Shown: piece by piece, positions 1 through 320 of the stretch
Layout of the letters: each line of letters starts with the position of its first letter
How positions within the stretch are numbered: position 1 is the first letter of the stretch
Origin: Escherichia coli
GTDB taxonomy: Bacteria; Pseudomonadota; Gammaproteobacteria; Enterobacterales; Enterobacteriaceae
DNA length: 320 nucleotides
Assembly (NCBI RefSeq): GCF_003334765.1
Contig: NZ_QOWT01000143.1
Strand: one strand, 5' to 3'
Program-made: the position numbers and the translations under genes
The notes under the pieces: model-generated
The model's database searches: none
The model's input: only the letters and a program-made list of their open reading frames with translations
Told to the model about the DNA's origin: nothing

Positions 1-320
1 TGCTGAACGTCAGCGAAAAACGAAACCGCTGTTGAAATCCCTGGAAAGCTGGTTGCGTGAAAAGATGAAGACCCTGTCGCGACACTCAGAGTTGGCGAAG
101 GCGTTCGCGTACGCACTTAACCAGTGGCCGGCACTGACGTACTATGCGAACGATGGCTGGGTGGAAATCGACAACGACATCGCTGAAAATGCCCTGCGGG
201 CGGTCAGTCTGGGTCGTAAAAACTTCCTGTTCTTCGGCTCTGACCATGGTGGTGAGCGGGGAGCGCTACTGTACAGCCTGATCGGGACGTGCAAACTGAA
301 TGACGTGGATCCAGAAAGCT
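1..320 (+). mobile_element. Internal portion of an IS66-family insertion sequence (transposase gene body; element ends not in window)
   Basis: Inferred from the transposase CDS call above. IS66-family elements typically carry tnpA, tnpB and tnpC in that order, with tnpC ending close to the right terminal inverted repeat. No terminal inverted repeat or target-site duplication is visible in the window, so the element boundaries cannot be placed. Confidence 0.75.
2..320 (+). CDS. tnpC: IS66-family transposase (ORF3/TnpC-like), internal partial CDS; 5' and 3' ends outside window
   Basis: Seen in sequence: frame 2 (+) is open for 106 codons from nt 2 to nt 319 with no stop, whereas + frame 1 hits TGA at nt 4-6 and + frame 3 hits TGA at nt 39-41. 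The translation contains ...KMKTLSRHSELAKAFAYALNQWPALTYYANDGWVEIDNDIAENALRAVSLGRKNFLFFGSDHGGERGALLYSLIGTCKLNDVDPES. From established knowledge (recalled, not searched): the EIDNxIAENALR / GRKNxxFxGSxxGGE / YSLIGTCxLNxVxPE motifs are the hallmark of the C-terminal region of IS66-family transposases. Codon usage (frequent CTG, GCG, CGT, GAA, AAA) fits a gamma-proteobacterial, enterobacterial-like host. The name 'tnpC' follows the common IS66 ORF3 naming convention and is not an exact-match identification of a specific named IS. Confidence 0.85.

Noticed and set aside
65-67. In-frame ATG (Met in ...REKMKTL...) that could be read as a translation start
   Set aside because: The frame is open upstream back to nt 2 and the upstream residues belong to the same conserved transposase sequence. 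There is no convincing Shine-Dalgarno-like purine-rich motif at an appropriate distance. This is an internal methionine.
225-240. Short pyrimidine-rich run (cttcctgttcttcggc) that looks superficially repeat-like
   Set aside because: It simply encodes the conserved NFLFFG peptide of the transposase motif. It is not a tandem repeat or a regulatory element.
244-249. NcoI site (CCATGG) and a BamHI site (GGATCC, nt 307-312), which might suggest cloning-vector or engineered sequence
   Set aside because: Single 6-bp palindromes occur by chance at this frequency in about 50% GC DNA. Both sit inside continuous coding sequence with no vector-like context.
1-320. Possible ORFs in + frames 1 and 3 or on the reverse strand overlapping the transposase gene
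   Set aside because: + frame 1 and + frame 3 hit stop codons almost immediately (TGA at nt 4-6 and nt 39-41). I did not exhaustively translate the reverse strand; any antisense ORF would lie wholly inside a conserved transposase gene and has no independent support from this sequence.
1-320. A novel or previously undescribed biological system (defence system, toxin-antitoxin, CRISPR, unusual RNA), as the prompt suggests
   Set aside because: Every base of the window is accounted for by one conserved transposase reading frame. There are no repeats, spacer-like arrays, structured-RNA-like palindromes or intergenic regions. Claiming a novel system would be unsupported.

Overview
The whole 320-nt window is an internal, in-frame fragment of one protein-coding gene on the + strand (frame 2, codons from nt 2, open through nt 319, no stop). 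The conceptual translation is AERQRKTKPLLKSLESWLREKMKTLSRHSELAKAFAYALNQWPALTYYANDGWVEIDNDIAENALRAVSLGRKNFLFFGSDHGGERGALLYSLIGTCKLNDVDPES. I recognise this from memory as the conserved C-terminal part of an IS66-family transposase (ORF3, often annotated TnpC), in particular the 'W-E-IDN-IAENALR-(x)-GRKN-F-GS-GGE…YSLIGTC-LN-V-PE' block. Both the start and the stop of the gene lie outside the window. I see no RNA gene, CRISPR repeat, promoter, terminator or inverted-repeat end of the element here. Despite the prompt's suggestion, I find nothing in this window that supports a novel biological system; it is ordinary insertion-sequence transposase coding sequence. Any interest would lie in what flanks the element, which is not visible.
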